A stretch of 64,000 bases of DNA from a virus. Lineage: Duplodnaviria; Caudoviricetes. Position 1 is the stretch's first letter, and each line of letters starts with the position of its first letter. The translations under genes were made by a program, and so were the position numbers. Under the pieces are notes generated by a model that did not search any database, was not told where the DNA came from, and saw only the letters and a program-made list of their open reading frames with translations. The stretch is taken from positions 32,001 through 96,000 of the IMG/VR virus record IMGVR_UViG_2974629863_000001, one strand, 5' to 3'. This document shows positions 1 to 9,427 of this stretch, piece by piece.

Positions 1-164
1 GTGTTGTCGCAAAGGGACGTTTAGTTAATTCATTTGGTCTAGCACATGCTAAGTTCACGATTCCAGCAGGAACAATTACGCTTAGACTCAGCTTCGAATT
101 AACAGCAAGCTCCGATGGTGGATATTTAGATGTAGCAGAAGTTTCCGTCACCAAAGTAACCTAA
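1..164 (+). CDS. 3' end of an upstream gene (probably a minor tail protein), truncated by the window edge
   Basis: Open frame (VVAKGRLVNSFGLAHAKFTIPAGTITLRLSFELTASSDGGYLDVAEVSVTKVT) ending at TAA 162-164; beta-rich; tail gene context. Confidence 0.55.
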   Translation, partial: VVAKGRLVNSFGLAHAKFTIPAGTITLRLSFELTASSDGGYLDVAEVSVTKVT

Positions 165-183
165 AATGTGGTAGAATGAATTT

Positions 184-332
184 GTTCGAGAGAACACTTA
201 CGGGTCTTGGTATGACTCAGCAGATTGATATCTGTTATACCATCTCGTGCAGGCTATACGGGTCAAGTTCCACGTATAGATGTGAATTTCGCTGCCTTAG
301 GTAATGCAAAAGCCCCGGAAACGGGGTTTTTG
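184..332 (+). ncRNA. Candidate structured non-coding RNA
   Basis: Lies between extended -10 TGGTAGAAT (169-177) and a terminator; stems CGAGA/TCTCG, GGTATGAC/GTTATACC, CTATACG/CGTATAG, GCAG/CTGC. Confidence 0.4.
306..332 (+). terminator. Rho-independent terminator
   Basis: AAAAGCCCC-GGAAAC-GGGGTTTTT hairpin with U-tract. Confidence 0.8.
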
Positions 333-340
333 TGTATCTG

Positions 341-349
341 TGGTAAAAT
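341..349 (+). promoter_or_regulatory. Extended -10 promoter, leaderless start
   Basis: TGGTAAAAT followed 6 nt later by ATG 356; no Shine-Dalgarno. Confidence 0.65.
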
Positions 350-355
350 GGCTAT

Positions 356-802
356 ATGCTCACCAATCCCAAACTAAAGTCCGTATTCAGCCTTTACGTC
401 GATGATATCGATTTCGTAGCAGATGTATCTTCATTCGTTTTGAAGTCAGATAAGTTGGATGCAAAGCAAATTACGTTCGGCAAATACACACAGGGCATGG
501 ACGTTAAGTGGACTTTAGGACTTAAGGGTTTATTCGATGGTGGTAGCGCAGGTTCGTTGCATGATTACTTATGGAATAACGCAGGACGAACAGTAACATT
601 CATTCTTAAGCCTTTTCAAGGGTTCGATCCAAACACTAAGCGTTATTACACAGGACAAGTAAGAATTCCTTATCGTCCAGACATTAGCGTTAAGGCTGGA
701 CAGTATTCTACATTCGATTATGAATTCAAAGTCGTAGGTCATCCGTCAAGAGGCGATCAGCCTAATGGATTCATGACTACAGGCTACTATGATTCATATT
801 AA
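356..802 (+). CDS. Major tail (tube) protein paralog
   Basis: Clear similarity to 10792..11208 (LTN.KLKS.F.L, DGGS.GSLH.YLW.NAG, YTGQVR.P.RPDI.V.AG..STF.YEF). Confidence 0.75.
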   Translation: MLTNPKLKSVFSLYVDDIDFVADVSSFVLKSDKLDAKQITFGKYTQGMDVKWTLGLKGLFDGGSAGSLHDYLWNNAGRTVTFILKPFQGFDPNTKRYYTGQVRIPYRPDISVKAGQYSTFDYEFKVVGHPSRGDQPNGFMTTGYYDSY

Positions 803-820
803 GTCTGTTATAATGATATA

Positions 821-2239
821 ATGGCCCTCTCAGATATTGATCTTTTACCAAACACACCAGTACATGAAGGTGATGCAAACCACGACGGACTGCATGATCT
901 TATTCATACTGGTATTAAGAGTCTAAAAACATTTATTACAGACTTAGTAGCGATCAATCTTAGAAAGACCACAGATCAAACTATTACAGGCATAAAGACA
1001 TTTGATTCTAGTCCTGTTATTCCTACAGACGTGCCAATTGCCGGAACAGCAGTAGTTAATAAGACATATGTAGAATCTAAGCTCAATCCTAAGAATACAA
1101 AGATTGATGCAGCTACACCAAACCCTACGACTAAATACTATCGTGGAGATAAGACTTGGGATGTCTTAGATAAGACTAAGATCCAATTACCGAACGCAGA
1201 AAACACAGCCGACACTGCAAAGCCTGTTACAGATGCTCTACAAACTGCACTTAACGACAAGCAGAATAATATTACTGCAGCAGACTCTACTTATTTCTAT
1301 CGCGGTGATAAGAACTGGGTATTCCTAGATAAAGATGCAGCAGGGCTGGATCAGCTAAACAATACTTCGGATGCTAATAAGCCTATCTCGAATCTAACTC
1401 AGACAGCTTTGAATGATACTCTGGATGATACAGACTCACTAAAGACTTCTGGAAATCAAACTATTGGTGGCATCAAACTATTCACTTCCGTTCCGAAACT
1501 AATCGGTACGTCTACAGTGGGGTACGTTTGGACTGCTACAAATGCAGACGGTACAGGTGCTTGGCAGGTAAAGGGAACTCCTATTACTACAGCCGACTGG
1601 GACATTATTTCTAGCAAGCCTACAACCTATCCACCAACTATCGGAACCTCAGGATCTACAGCCGCAGCAGGCAATCACACGCACGTGCTAGGAGACTTCG
1701 GACTCGATCAGCTCAACAACACATCAGACCTAGCAAAGCCTATTTCTAATGCTACTCAGGCAGCTCTAAATCTAAAAGCACCTAAGAGTCGCACGCTTGC
1801 CAACGGAACTGGAATTACGGGCGGTGGAGATTTAACGGAAGACAGAACTTTATCTCTGAGCAATAATGGAGTAAACGTAGACGAACTAGATATCATTTCT
1901 AGAAGAGAAGGTATTGCTTACGTAGTAACATTCAATACTAGAAAGGTAGGACTAGGAGACTACACAATGGGAATTCAAGTTCCTTATAAGTGCAATGTTG
2001 TTTCTGTTAAGTATAGAATGGGAACAGCAGATGCTTCTGGTACTACAACAGCAGAACTTAGAAAGAATGGTACAACAGTCTCAGGAACATCTCTAACAGC
2101 AACAACATCTCCTACCCCAACAACAGGAGCTTGGCCTTTTGCTAAAGATGATATTCTTACTGTTTATGTATCTGCAATTGGCACCGGACCAGGCAAGAGA
2201 CTTACTGCAGATATTATTCTAGAAAAAGTAAAAGAATAA
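821..2239 (+). CDS. Tail fibre / minor tail protein
   Basis: Repeats YYRGDK.W and GL.(Q/N)(L/V).NTSD..KPIS..TQ.AL; Q.I.G.K.F motifs typical of phage fibres. Confidence 0.75.
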   Translation: MALSDIDLLPNTPVHEGDANHDGLHDLIHTGIKSLKTFITDLVAINLRKTTDQTITGIKTFDSSPVIPTDVPIAGTAVVNKTYVESKLNPKNTKIDAATPNPTTKYYRGDKTWDVLDKTKIQLPNAENTADTAKPVTDALQTALNDKQNNITAADSTYFYRGDKNWVFLDKDAAGLDQLNNTSDANKPISNLTQTALNDTLDDTDSLKTSGNQTIGGIKLFTSVPKLIGTSTVGYVWTATNADGTGAWQVKGTPITTADWDIISSKPTTYPPTIGTSGSTAAAGNHTHVLGDFGLDQLNNTSDLAKPISNATQAALNLKAPKSRTLANGTGITGGGDLTEDRTLSLSNNGVNVDELDIISRREGIAYVVTFNTRKVGLGDYTMGIQVPYKCNVVSVKYRMGTADASGTTTAELRKNGTTVSGTSLTATTSPTPTTGAWPFAKDDILTVYVSAIGTGPGKRLTADIILEKVKE

Positions 2240-2257
2240 TGTTACAATATAGGTACT

Positions 2258-3649
2258 ATGCCCTTATCAGATGTCGATCTATTACCCAATGATGTAAATC
2301 CAGGTTCTCCGAACCACACTAATCATCATGATGTGATCCATGCTGCACTTAAGGAACTAAAGACACTTTCTCAGACAGCAGACACCGATGGTGTAAAGCT
2401 AACTGGTGCTCAGACTATCTCAGGAATCAAAACATTCTCTGCTAGTCCTCTTGTACCTAATCCTACTGCAGCTACACATGCAGCTAATAAGCAATGGACA
2501 GATTCATTAGCCGCTACTTACGAACCTAATATTCCACTAGGAACAACTTCTCAGTATTGGCGTGGAGATAAGACTTGGGTTGCTCTAACTAAGGCAGCAG
2601 CAGGTCTAGGAAACGTAGATAATACTTCAGACGCCAACAAGCCTATTTCTACATTGCAGGCATCAGCATTAGCAGGTAAAGAACCTCTAATCTCAACTGG
2701 CACTATAGCTCAGTATTATCGTGGAGATAAAACTTGGGCCACTCTAAACAGGGCTGCAGTGGGTCTCGGAAACGTAGACAATACAGCCGATTTAGCGAAA
2801 CCTATTTCTACTGCTACTCAAACAGCACTAGATCTAAAGGCACCTAAGTCAGATGCAGTAACACTTACAACAGCTCAGTCTATTTCTGGCGTAAAGACAT
2901 TTACAGCAAGTCCTAAGATGGGTGGCACTGCAACAGTTGGTTGGGTCTGGACAGCTACAACTTCCGATGGTCAAGGATCTTGGCAGCTATTAGGTGTTCC
3001 CGCTGATTCTATGGACTGGGCAAATATTATCAATAAGCCAACTACATTTGCACCAATTATCGGTACTGGTGCAAGTCAGGCAGCAGCAGGTAACCACACT
3101 CACACAAAGGCCTCTATCGGTCTTGGAAATGTTGACAACACCAGCGATGCTAACAAGCCTATTTCAACCCTTACACAGGCCGAGCTAGATACAAAGCTCA
3201 CTTCTGCAAGAGCAGTGAACACAGGAACAGGACTAACGGGTGGTGGAGACCTTTCAACCAACCGGACTATTTCTATTGCGTCTGGTGGTGTCGGACTGAC
3301 ACAGCTTGCTTCAGAAGTTAAGCGTGAAGGATTCCCATTCCCTCAGACTATGGGTAAGCGTGCAGTTGGATACGGTGAATTCATCGATGGTATTTCTATT
3401 CCTTATGCATTTACTATTACATCGGTTAAATACCGTATGGGAACAGCGGACGCTTCAGGCACAACTACTTGTGAACTCAGAAAGAATGGCATAACAGTGT
3501 CGGGTACATCAGGGACAGCAGCACTTAACCCTACAGCAGTAACAGGATCTTGGTCATTCGCTAAGGATGACATCTTAACGGTTTACACATCGGCAATCGG
3601 AACAACGCCGGGTGAAAGATTAGTCGCAGACATTATAGGAACGAAATAA
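2258..3649 (+). CDS. Tail fibre / minor tail protein, paralog of 821..2239
   Basis: Same N-terminus (LSD.DLLPN), GLGNVDNTSDANKPIS repeats and shared C-terminus SVKYRMGTADASGTTT.ELRKNG. Confidence 0.75.
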   Translation: MPLSDVDLLPNDVNPGSPNHTNHHDVIHAALKELKTLSQTADTDGVKLTGAQTISGIKTFSASPLVPNPTAATHAANKQWTDSLAATYEPNIPLGTTSQYWRGDKTWVALTKAAAGLGNVDNTSDANKPISTLQASALAGKEPLISTGTIAQYYRGDKTWATLNRAAVGLGNVDNTADLAKPISTATQTALDLKAPKSDAVTLTTAQSISGVKTFTASPKMGGTATVGWVWTATTSDGQGSWQLLGVPADSMDWANIINKPTTFAPIIGTGASQAAAGNHTHTKASIGLGNVDNTSDANKPISTLTQAELDTKLTSARAVNTGTGLTGGGDLSTNRTISIASGGVGLTQLASEVKREGFPFPQTMGKRAVGYGEFIDGISIPYAFTITSVKYRMGTADASGTTTCELRKNGITVSGTSGTAALNPTAVTGSWSFAKDDILTVYTSAIGTTPGERLVADIIGTK

Positions 3650-4672
3650 ATGATTATAGTAAGACCAATGGCAAAGGTTAGTAGTGCCGCTGAGATTCTA
3701 GGAGTAACCACAGCAGGAACAGGAGGAGCAACAAGTTTAGCAGTTACTCTTCCAGATATTCCAGTTGGTGAAACATGGATTCTAATGGTAGGCGCAGGTT
3801 TCAATACCATGAACACTCCTTCTGGATGGAATTTAATTTATTCTCACACATCTGTAACGACTAGAACATATTTCTTTTCTAGAGTAAGACAATCTGGAGA
3901 TACTACAGCTTTGACAATGACATTTGGAGCTACTATTCCAGTTGCAGTAAGAGCTTATGGCATTGGAAATTGTGGACTCATTAGAGCAAATGGCAATGCA
4001 AGTGGTAGTCAGGTAACAGTTCACCCCGCTCCATCTATTGCAGCAACTATGGCAGGATCATTGACCTTTAGATTTGCATACAATCAATCAACAAGCGCAA
4101 CTAGAGCCTACACTTGGGATTCAGGCCCTACTACTGTAAATCCAGACTTTGTAATCACTGGCACTGGCATTATGGGATCTGTAGAACACGTTTCGCAGGG
4201 ACCAGAGCTGTATCCTATTTTGAATGCAACACACGCAACAGCTATTTCATATTCAGTTGGATCTATTTCAATAAGTCCTAAATTAGATCAGGGTATTCCT
4301 AGCACTCAGAGGGGAACACTAACTGCAAACCAAACAACTACTGTTGGATCATATGCTGAACTTGGACCACTAACAGCCGGAACAAATGCAACTGTTTCTG
4401 GAAATGCTCTTGTATTAAATGGCACAGGTAATGCTACTTTGACTGTAAGCACAAGCAAGCAGGGTGGATTTGGTAACCTAACAATTAGAGCTAAGGTAAA
4501 TGGAGCTATAGTAGCAGAAGGAACAGCTTCCAGTTCAGGTGTATTTAGTGCATCTGTTACTTCAGGTTTTGAAGCTGGGTCACTTCTAACCATAGAAGCA
4601 ATGGCAACTACAGCTACTTCTAGTGCCAATGTTCTTACGACTTCTACGTATATTGAAATTGTTCCTATTTAG
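3650..4672 (+). CDS. Minor tail protein
   Basis: 340 aa, Thr/Ser/Gly-rich beta protein abutting the fibre genes. Confidence 0.6.
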   Translation: MIIVRPMAKVSSAAEILGVTTAGTGGATSLAVTLPDIPVGETWILMVGAGFNTMNTPSGWNLIYSHTSVTTRTYFFSRVRQSGDTTALTMTFGATIPVAVRAYGIGNCGLIRANGNASGSQVTVHPAPSIAATMAGSLTFRFAYNQSTSATRAYTWDSGPTTVNPDFVITGTGIMGSVEHVSQGPELYPILNATHATAISYSVGSISISPKLDQGIPSTQRGTLTANQTTTVGSYAELGPLTAGTNATVSGNALVLNGTGNATLTVSTSKQGGFGNLTIRAKVNGAIVAEGTASSSGVFSASVTSGFEAGSLLTIEAMATTATSSANVLTTSTYIEIVPI

Positions 4673-4708
4673 AGATTTTCAATCATTTTAGTATGTTATA
4701 ATTGCTAA

Positions 4709-5008
4709 ATGAACGAAATTAATCCAAATAGTGCAAAAAAGCCCAGAATTTCAGTAGTCTCAGAAACAGATCTAGGTGTTTATGCCTGGCAACAGCCAAA
4801 CGGTAAGATACTTGGAAGTACTGACGGAGATATGTTAAATGTTCCCGGTAGGCGAGGAGACCTACTAGCAATTGCAGAAATTACTAGAGCAGCTAAATAT
4901 TGGGGATACCCAGAAGGTAAGCCGGTATTCTTAGAGGGTCAGTATAGATGTACTGAAGGGGAATATCAGGAAATGATTAGAGAAAGGCTGGAAGATGAAT
5001 CATGGTAA
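4709..5008 (+). CDS. Hypothetical protein upstream of portal
   Basis: 99-aa ORF preceded by TGTTATAAT at 6 nt; overlaps the portal start. Confidence 0.7.
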   Translation: MNEINPNSAKKPRISVVSETDLGVYAWQQPNGKILGSTDGDMLNVPGRRGDLLAIAEITRAAKYWGYPEGKPVFLEGQYRCTEGEYQEMIRERLEDESW

Positions 5009-6570
5009 ACGACGAACTAGAGTTAATGGGCGATGTTTCATTCGGCCCAAGATGGGAGAAAGTAACTAGTTCTTCGGAGGATTCTTTTTCAAAGATCTAC
5101 AAGACTTCAGATGAGCACGCTCCATCAGCAGTAAAGGCATTAGTTAAAGGTTTCAAGTCTGAAGATGGAAAGGCTAGATCTAAGCAGTATGAAGATAAGT
5201 CAGTAAGTCTTTACAATGCAGCAGAATGTGTTGTTCCGCCTTACAACATGCATTACTTAGCTAAGCTTTATGATGCATCTTCATTCCACGCTACAGCAGT
5301 TGACGCAAAGATTGATAACACAGTTGGCCTAGGCTACCGATGGGATCACTCATACCTTGCAAAAGAACTACGTGAAAAAGCGGAGTCAAGTAAGACTGCA
5401 GATAAGCTTAGAAAAGTAGATGCCAAACTAGAAGCACTTAAGCGACAGCTACAAGCCAGGTTAGATGGATTCAACAATCTAGATGAGTTTGATGAGATTC
5501 TAGTTAAGGTTCTTAAGGATCGTCACTGCACCGGAAACGGTTACTTTGAAGTTGGACGAACCACCGAAGGCGATATTAAATACCTAGGTCACATTCCATC
5601 AAAGGATGTTCGTATTCGTAGAGCGCGTGATGGTTTCGTGCAGACAGTCAACAATGAGAATATCTTTTTCCGTAATTTTGGAGATAGAGAAACAGAGAAT
5701 CCTTTCTTAGATGATGACAATCCAAACGAACTAATTCACATCAAGTTCTACTCACCTGTTGATGATTACTACGGAGTCCCAGAGATTATCTCAGCAGCTC
5801 AGGCTCTTGCAGGTATCGAGTTCTCTCAGAGATTCAATATTGATTACTTCGAGAACAAGGCTGTGCCACGTTACATCATCAAGACCAAGGGAATTAAGCT
5901 ATCGCCAGATCAGCAGAAGGAACTACTTAAGTTCTTCGAAACAAACACTAAGGGCGTTTCACACAGAACAGTTATGGTTCCTCTACCAGCAGGTCAGGAT
6001 AAGGATATCGATTTCCACGCGGTAGAGACAGGTAGACAGGATGCATCCTTCACTGAATACATCAAACTAAACCTACAATTAATCCTGAGTCGTCACAGAG
6101 TGCCACAGGGTCGAGTTGGTATGACATCAGCAGCTACATCAGCAGCAGAGTCAGCAGCTACAGAGAAGACATTCAAGGAAACAGTTTGTAGACCAGAACA
6201 GCGTCTTCTAGAGAAGAAGCTAAACAAGGTCTTTAAAGAAATTACAGATCTATTTGAATTTAAGCTGAATGAATTCACTCTTACAGATGAAGATCAGCAG
6301 TCACAGATTCATGAGCGTTACCTACGTTGGGGTGTCGAAGTTCCTGATGAGGTTAGAACTGAACTAGGTAAGCCACCGCGTGCAGATGGTAAGGGTGGAG
6401 AACCTGTTGATACCAAGACAGTAGGTTTAGCTCAAAAGCAAGCGGAAGAAAAGGCACAAGCATATGAAACTAGAACTAGAGACCAGAATAGAAACGCTAA
6501 TAAACCAGATTCTGCAAGTAATTCATCAACAAGAAGAACTCAGGGATCAGGAGCAAACCCAAACACATAA
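5002..6570 (+). CDS. Portal protein
   Basis: GNGYFEV, NELIHIK..SP.DDYYGVP, YFENKAVP..II and HRVP motifs of phage portals; precedes protease and capsid genes. Confidence 0.9.
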   Translation: MVNDELELMGDVSFGPRWEKVTSSSEDSFSKIYKTSDEHAPSAVKALVKGFKSEDGKARSKQYEDKSVSLYNAAECVVPPYNMHYLAKLYDASSFHATAVDAKIDNTVGLGYRWDHSYLAKELREKAESSKTADKLRKVDAKLEALKRQLQARLDGFNNLDEFDEILVKVLKDRHCTGNGYFEVGRTTEGDIKYLGHIPSKDVRIRRARDGFVQTVNNENIFFRNFGDRETENPFLDDDNPNELIHIKFYSPVDDYYGVPEIISAAQALAGIEFSQRFNIDYFENKAVPRYIIKTKGIKLSPDQQKELLKFFETNTKGVSHRTVMVPLPAGQDKDIDFHAVETGRQDASFTEYIKLNLQLILSRHRVPQGRVGMTSAATSAAESAATEKTFKETVCRPEQRLLEKKLNKVFKEITDLFEFKLNEFTLTDEDQQSQIHERYLRWGVEVPDEVRTELGKPPRADGKGGEPVDTKTVGLAQKQAEEKAQAYETRTRDQNRNANKPDSASNSSTRRTQGSGANPNT

Positions 6571-6578
6571 AAGTTAAT

Positions 6579-6607
6579 TTGACAAAATAAACAATTGAAG
6601 TTATACT
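6579..6607 (+). promoter_or_regulatory. Sigma70/SigA-type promoter
   Basis: TTGACA-17 nt-TATACT upstream of 6617. Confidence 0.75.
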
Positions 6608-6616
6608 AACAACACG

Positions 6617-7924
6617 ATGAAAGATTTCCAAAAGCTTTTATGGAGCCGTAACGGTAGCCAAGTTGATATTAGTTTAAATCTACAAAAGATAGATGCAACT
6701 AATAGGGTTATCGTAGGCTTTGCCACTTTGGATAATGTTGACTTTGCCGATGACATTGTTCCCCTAGATGCTGCGCTTAAGGCGTTCGAATCATTTAGGG
6801 GCAATGTCAGATTCCAACACGATGCTAAAAAGCCTGTAGGCCGAGTTATCGATTTTGCACCATCGTCTTTTTATGATGAGAAGACAAAAGAAACACACCA
6901 GGGCATTCAAGTCGCTGTGCGTATTTCCGATGGGGCAGAAGACGTTTGGAAGATGTGCCTTGATGAGACTCTTTCGGGTTTTAGTATTGGTGGGTCTGTT
7001 AAAAAGGCCAAAAAGGTTTGGTCCACTGAACTTAAGAAGAATATTCAGGTAATCGAAGAATTCATGCTTACAGAGCTATCAGTTGTTGATAGTCCTATGA
7101 ACGGATTAGCTAATATTATTGCAATTCATAAATCCTTAGACTATGGTACTATAGAAAAAGATTATGACAGCTTTAATCTATTCTGGTGTGGGTTCGATAG
7201 AATCGCTTCACAAGCACATGGACAAGAATCAAATTGTCCTCAGTGTGGAGAGGCAATGGCTAATATGGGACATACCGAGAAGAACGCTGACATTGCAAAA
7301 CAACTTGAAAAAGTTTTTTCAAATGAAACGGAGGGAGGTCAACCCAATATGGATAAATCAACAGAAGATATTACAGTAGAAAAGAACATTGACGGAGAAG
7401 ACGAAGTAGCATCAGTAGATGAAGTTGCTGTCGAGGAAGTCGAACCAGAAGTAACCGAAGATGAGGTTGTTGAAGAAGACGCAGAGGACGAAACGGAAGA
7501 CGAGACCGATAAGGTCGAAGATGAAGTAGAAGCTGAAGTTGTCGCTGAAGAGCCGGAAGTTGAGAAATCAGCGGATGCAACAGCAGAACTAGCAGAACTA
7601 GTTAAGGCATTACAAAATACTCTGTCAGAGAAGAACGACGGGATCGCTAAGAGTCATGATGAACTCAAAGAAGAATTCGCACGTATCTCCGATGAGATGA
7701 CTAAGAAGCTAGAAGGTATCTCAGAGAACTACGGAACTCTAGAAAAGAGTTTAGAGGATCTTAAGTCTGAGCTAAAGAAAACTGAAGATGGTCTTGGTGA
7801 TGTTACCAAGCGACTAGATAGCGTAGTGGAGTCTACGGCATTCAAAAAGTCACTTGATAGCTCCAACAGATCAGAGCCAAAAGAAGACGGCTCAGCACTA
7901 TTTCACAAAGTCTTCACGCTTTAA
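6617..7924 (+). CDS. Capsid maturation protease fused to acidic scaffold domain
   Basis: HK97-type protease motifs (R.I.GFA..D.VD...D, QH...PVG, L.GFSIGG, L.ELS.VD.P.N); CxxC; E/D-rich coiled C-terminal half. Confidence 0.85.
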   Translation: MKDFQKLLWSRNGSQVDISLNLQKIDATNRVIVGFATLDNVDFADDIVPLDAALKAFESFRGNVRFQHDAKKPVGRVIDFAPSSFYDEKTKETHQGIQVAVRISDGAEDVWKMCLDETLSGFSIGGSVKKAKKVWSTELKKNIQVIEEFMLTELSVVDSPMNGLANIIAIHKSLDYGTIEKDYDSFNLFWCGFDRIASQAHGQESNCPQCGEAMANMGHTEKNADIAKQLEKVFSNETEGGQPNMDKSTEDITVEKNIDGEDEVASVDEVAVEEVEPEVTEDEVVEEDAEDETEDETDKVEDEVEAEVVAEEPEVEKSADATAELAELVKALQNTLSEKNDGIAKSHDELKEEFARISDEMTKKLEGISENYGTLEKSLEDLKSELKKTEDGLGDVTKRLDSVVESTAFKKSLDSSNRSEPKEDGSALFHKVFTL

Positions 7925-7957
7925 AAATAAAACTATTAACGAAAGGAGCAATACAAT

Positions 7958-8977
7958 ATGAGTGATTCCACTATTCAAAAAGTGATCGAAACCTCAACCG
8001 TTGGTGATACACCAGGCGACGGGTTTCTTAAAATCGAGCAGGCTAATGTTTTCATTGACCACATGTTCGATGCTTCTGTCCTCTGGCATGAGGCAGAAAA
8101 GCGTAAGATGAATGCATCTTATGCGGAATGGCCTAGCATGAAGGTTGGCGCTAGACTAGTTCGTAAGGCAACGGAGGGCTATGATACAGGTATCAACGCA
8201 AGTGCTGCGTTCACCAAGGTTTCAATTAGCACCACAAAGCTCCGTCTAGACTGGGAACTAACAACCGAGTCTCTAGAAGATAACATCGAGGGCGTAGATC
8301 TTGATACGCACCTACTTCGTCTATTCTCAAACGCTCTAACGAACGATATTGAAGATATTACGATTAACGGTGACCTCGCATCTTCAGACGACTGCCTAAA
8401 GGCATTCGATGGTTGGCACAAGAAGGCTCTTGCAGGTGGACACGTCCGCTCTGCTAATGATCTAACTACACCGCCAGCACAGCTAGGTAGAGAGCACTTC
8501 AACCAGGCTATCAAGGCTATTCCACGTAAGTACCAGATGCGTAAGGGCGACCTACGTTTCTACGGTTCTACTAATCTAATTCAGGATTACCTATACAGCC
8601 AGTCTGAAATGGGCATCGTTCCTAATGAGATTATCGCAAGTGAAGGAAACCTACGCAAGTACCCAGTTCCATCCGGTCCTGCAGGTTATAATTCACGTAT
8701 CGCACCATTCGGTGTGCCTCTAATCGAGGTTCCGATGTTCGATACTGGTTTCAATGAGCTTAACGCTTCTACAGGTTCAGGCACCAATGACACCACTTCT
8801 TACCTAGAACTAACTTACGCTAAGAACCGCATCGTTGGTATCCAGCGTGATATTCAGGTTTACCGTGAATTCATCAACAAGAAGGACTCAGTTGAGTACA
8901 CAGTCTTCGTCCGCGTCGGCTGCGCTTGGCAGGATCTTGACGCTGTTGTTACAGTCACAGACATTCCTGTTGTCTAA
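7958..8977 (+). CDS. Major capsid protein
   Basis: Follows protease; strong SD AAGGAG; KLRLDWEL..E.LEDNIEG and D.ED..INGD motifs; followed by a terminator. Confidence 0.9.
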   Translation: MSDSTIQKVIETSTVGDTPGDGFLKIEQANVFIDHMFDASVLWHEAEKRKMNASYAEWPSMKVGARLVRKATEGYDTGINASAAFTKVSISTTKLRLDWELTTESLEDNIEGVDLDTHLLRLFSNALTNDIEDITINGDLASSDDCLKAFDGWHKKALAGGHVRSANDLTTPPAQLGREHFNQAIKAIPRKYQMRKGDLRFYGSTNLIQDYLYSQSEMGIVPNEIIASEGNLRKYPVPSGPAGYNSRIAPFGVPLIEVPMFDTGFNELNASTGSGTNDTTSYLELTYAKNRIVGIQRDIQVYREFINKKDSVEYTVFVRVGCAWQDLDAVVTVTDIPVV

Positions 8978-8991
8978 GTAGAATTAAGATT

Positions 8992-9020
8992 AAGACCCTC
9001 ACTTCGGTGGGGGTCTTTTT
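8992..9020 (+). terminator. Rho-independent terminator after capsid gene
   Basis: AAGACCCTCAC-TTCG-GTGGGGGTCTTTTT. Confidence 0.85.
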
Positions 9021-9043
9021 CGTTTATATGGTAAAATGATGAA

Positions 9044-9427
9044 ATGGAAACATTCAAGCCATTAACATCTAGAAACAAAGAAGAACTTATCGCATTACAC
9101 GGAGAGCTTAATCTTCAGTTGCCGGATGATCCGAAGCCAACAAATGCGGACTTAATAACTAACCTAAAAAACAAGGGAGTAACAAATCAAAAACTTAAGG
9201 CTTTAAATAAGAAGCGAGAATCAGAGAATTCTCCGAAATCAATAGTAAATAGTCAAGTGGTGGTCGCAATGGACCGAGCAAATGCAAGCTTCACATTTGG
9301 TAAGCACACCTTTTCCAGGCACAGAAAATATGTACCGATGCCGGAAGTAGAGGCTAATGAACTGATTTCACGATACGATGGATTTAGAAAAGCATCGAGA
9401 GAAGAGGTTGAAAATTACTACAAATGA
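9044..9427 (+). CDS. Hypothetical virion-associated protein
   Basis: 127-aa ORF between capsid and adaptor genes; leaderless after TGGTAAAAT. Confidence 0.65.
   Translation: METFKPLTSRNKEELIALHGELNLQLPDDPKPTNADLITNLKNKGVTNQKLKALNKKRESENSPKSIVNSQVVVAMDRANASFTFGKHTFSRHRKYVPMPEVEANELISRYDGFRKASREEVENYYK

Noticed and set aside
176-304. 42-codon ORF MNLFERTL...
   Set aside because: The ATG overlaps the -10 box and has no SD; a structured RNA explains the region better, though the ORF is not excluded
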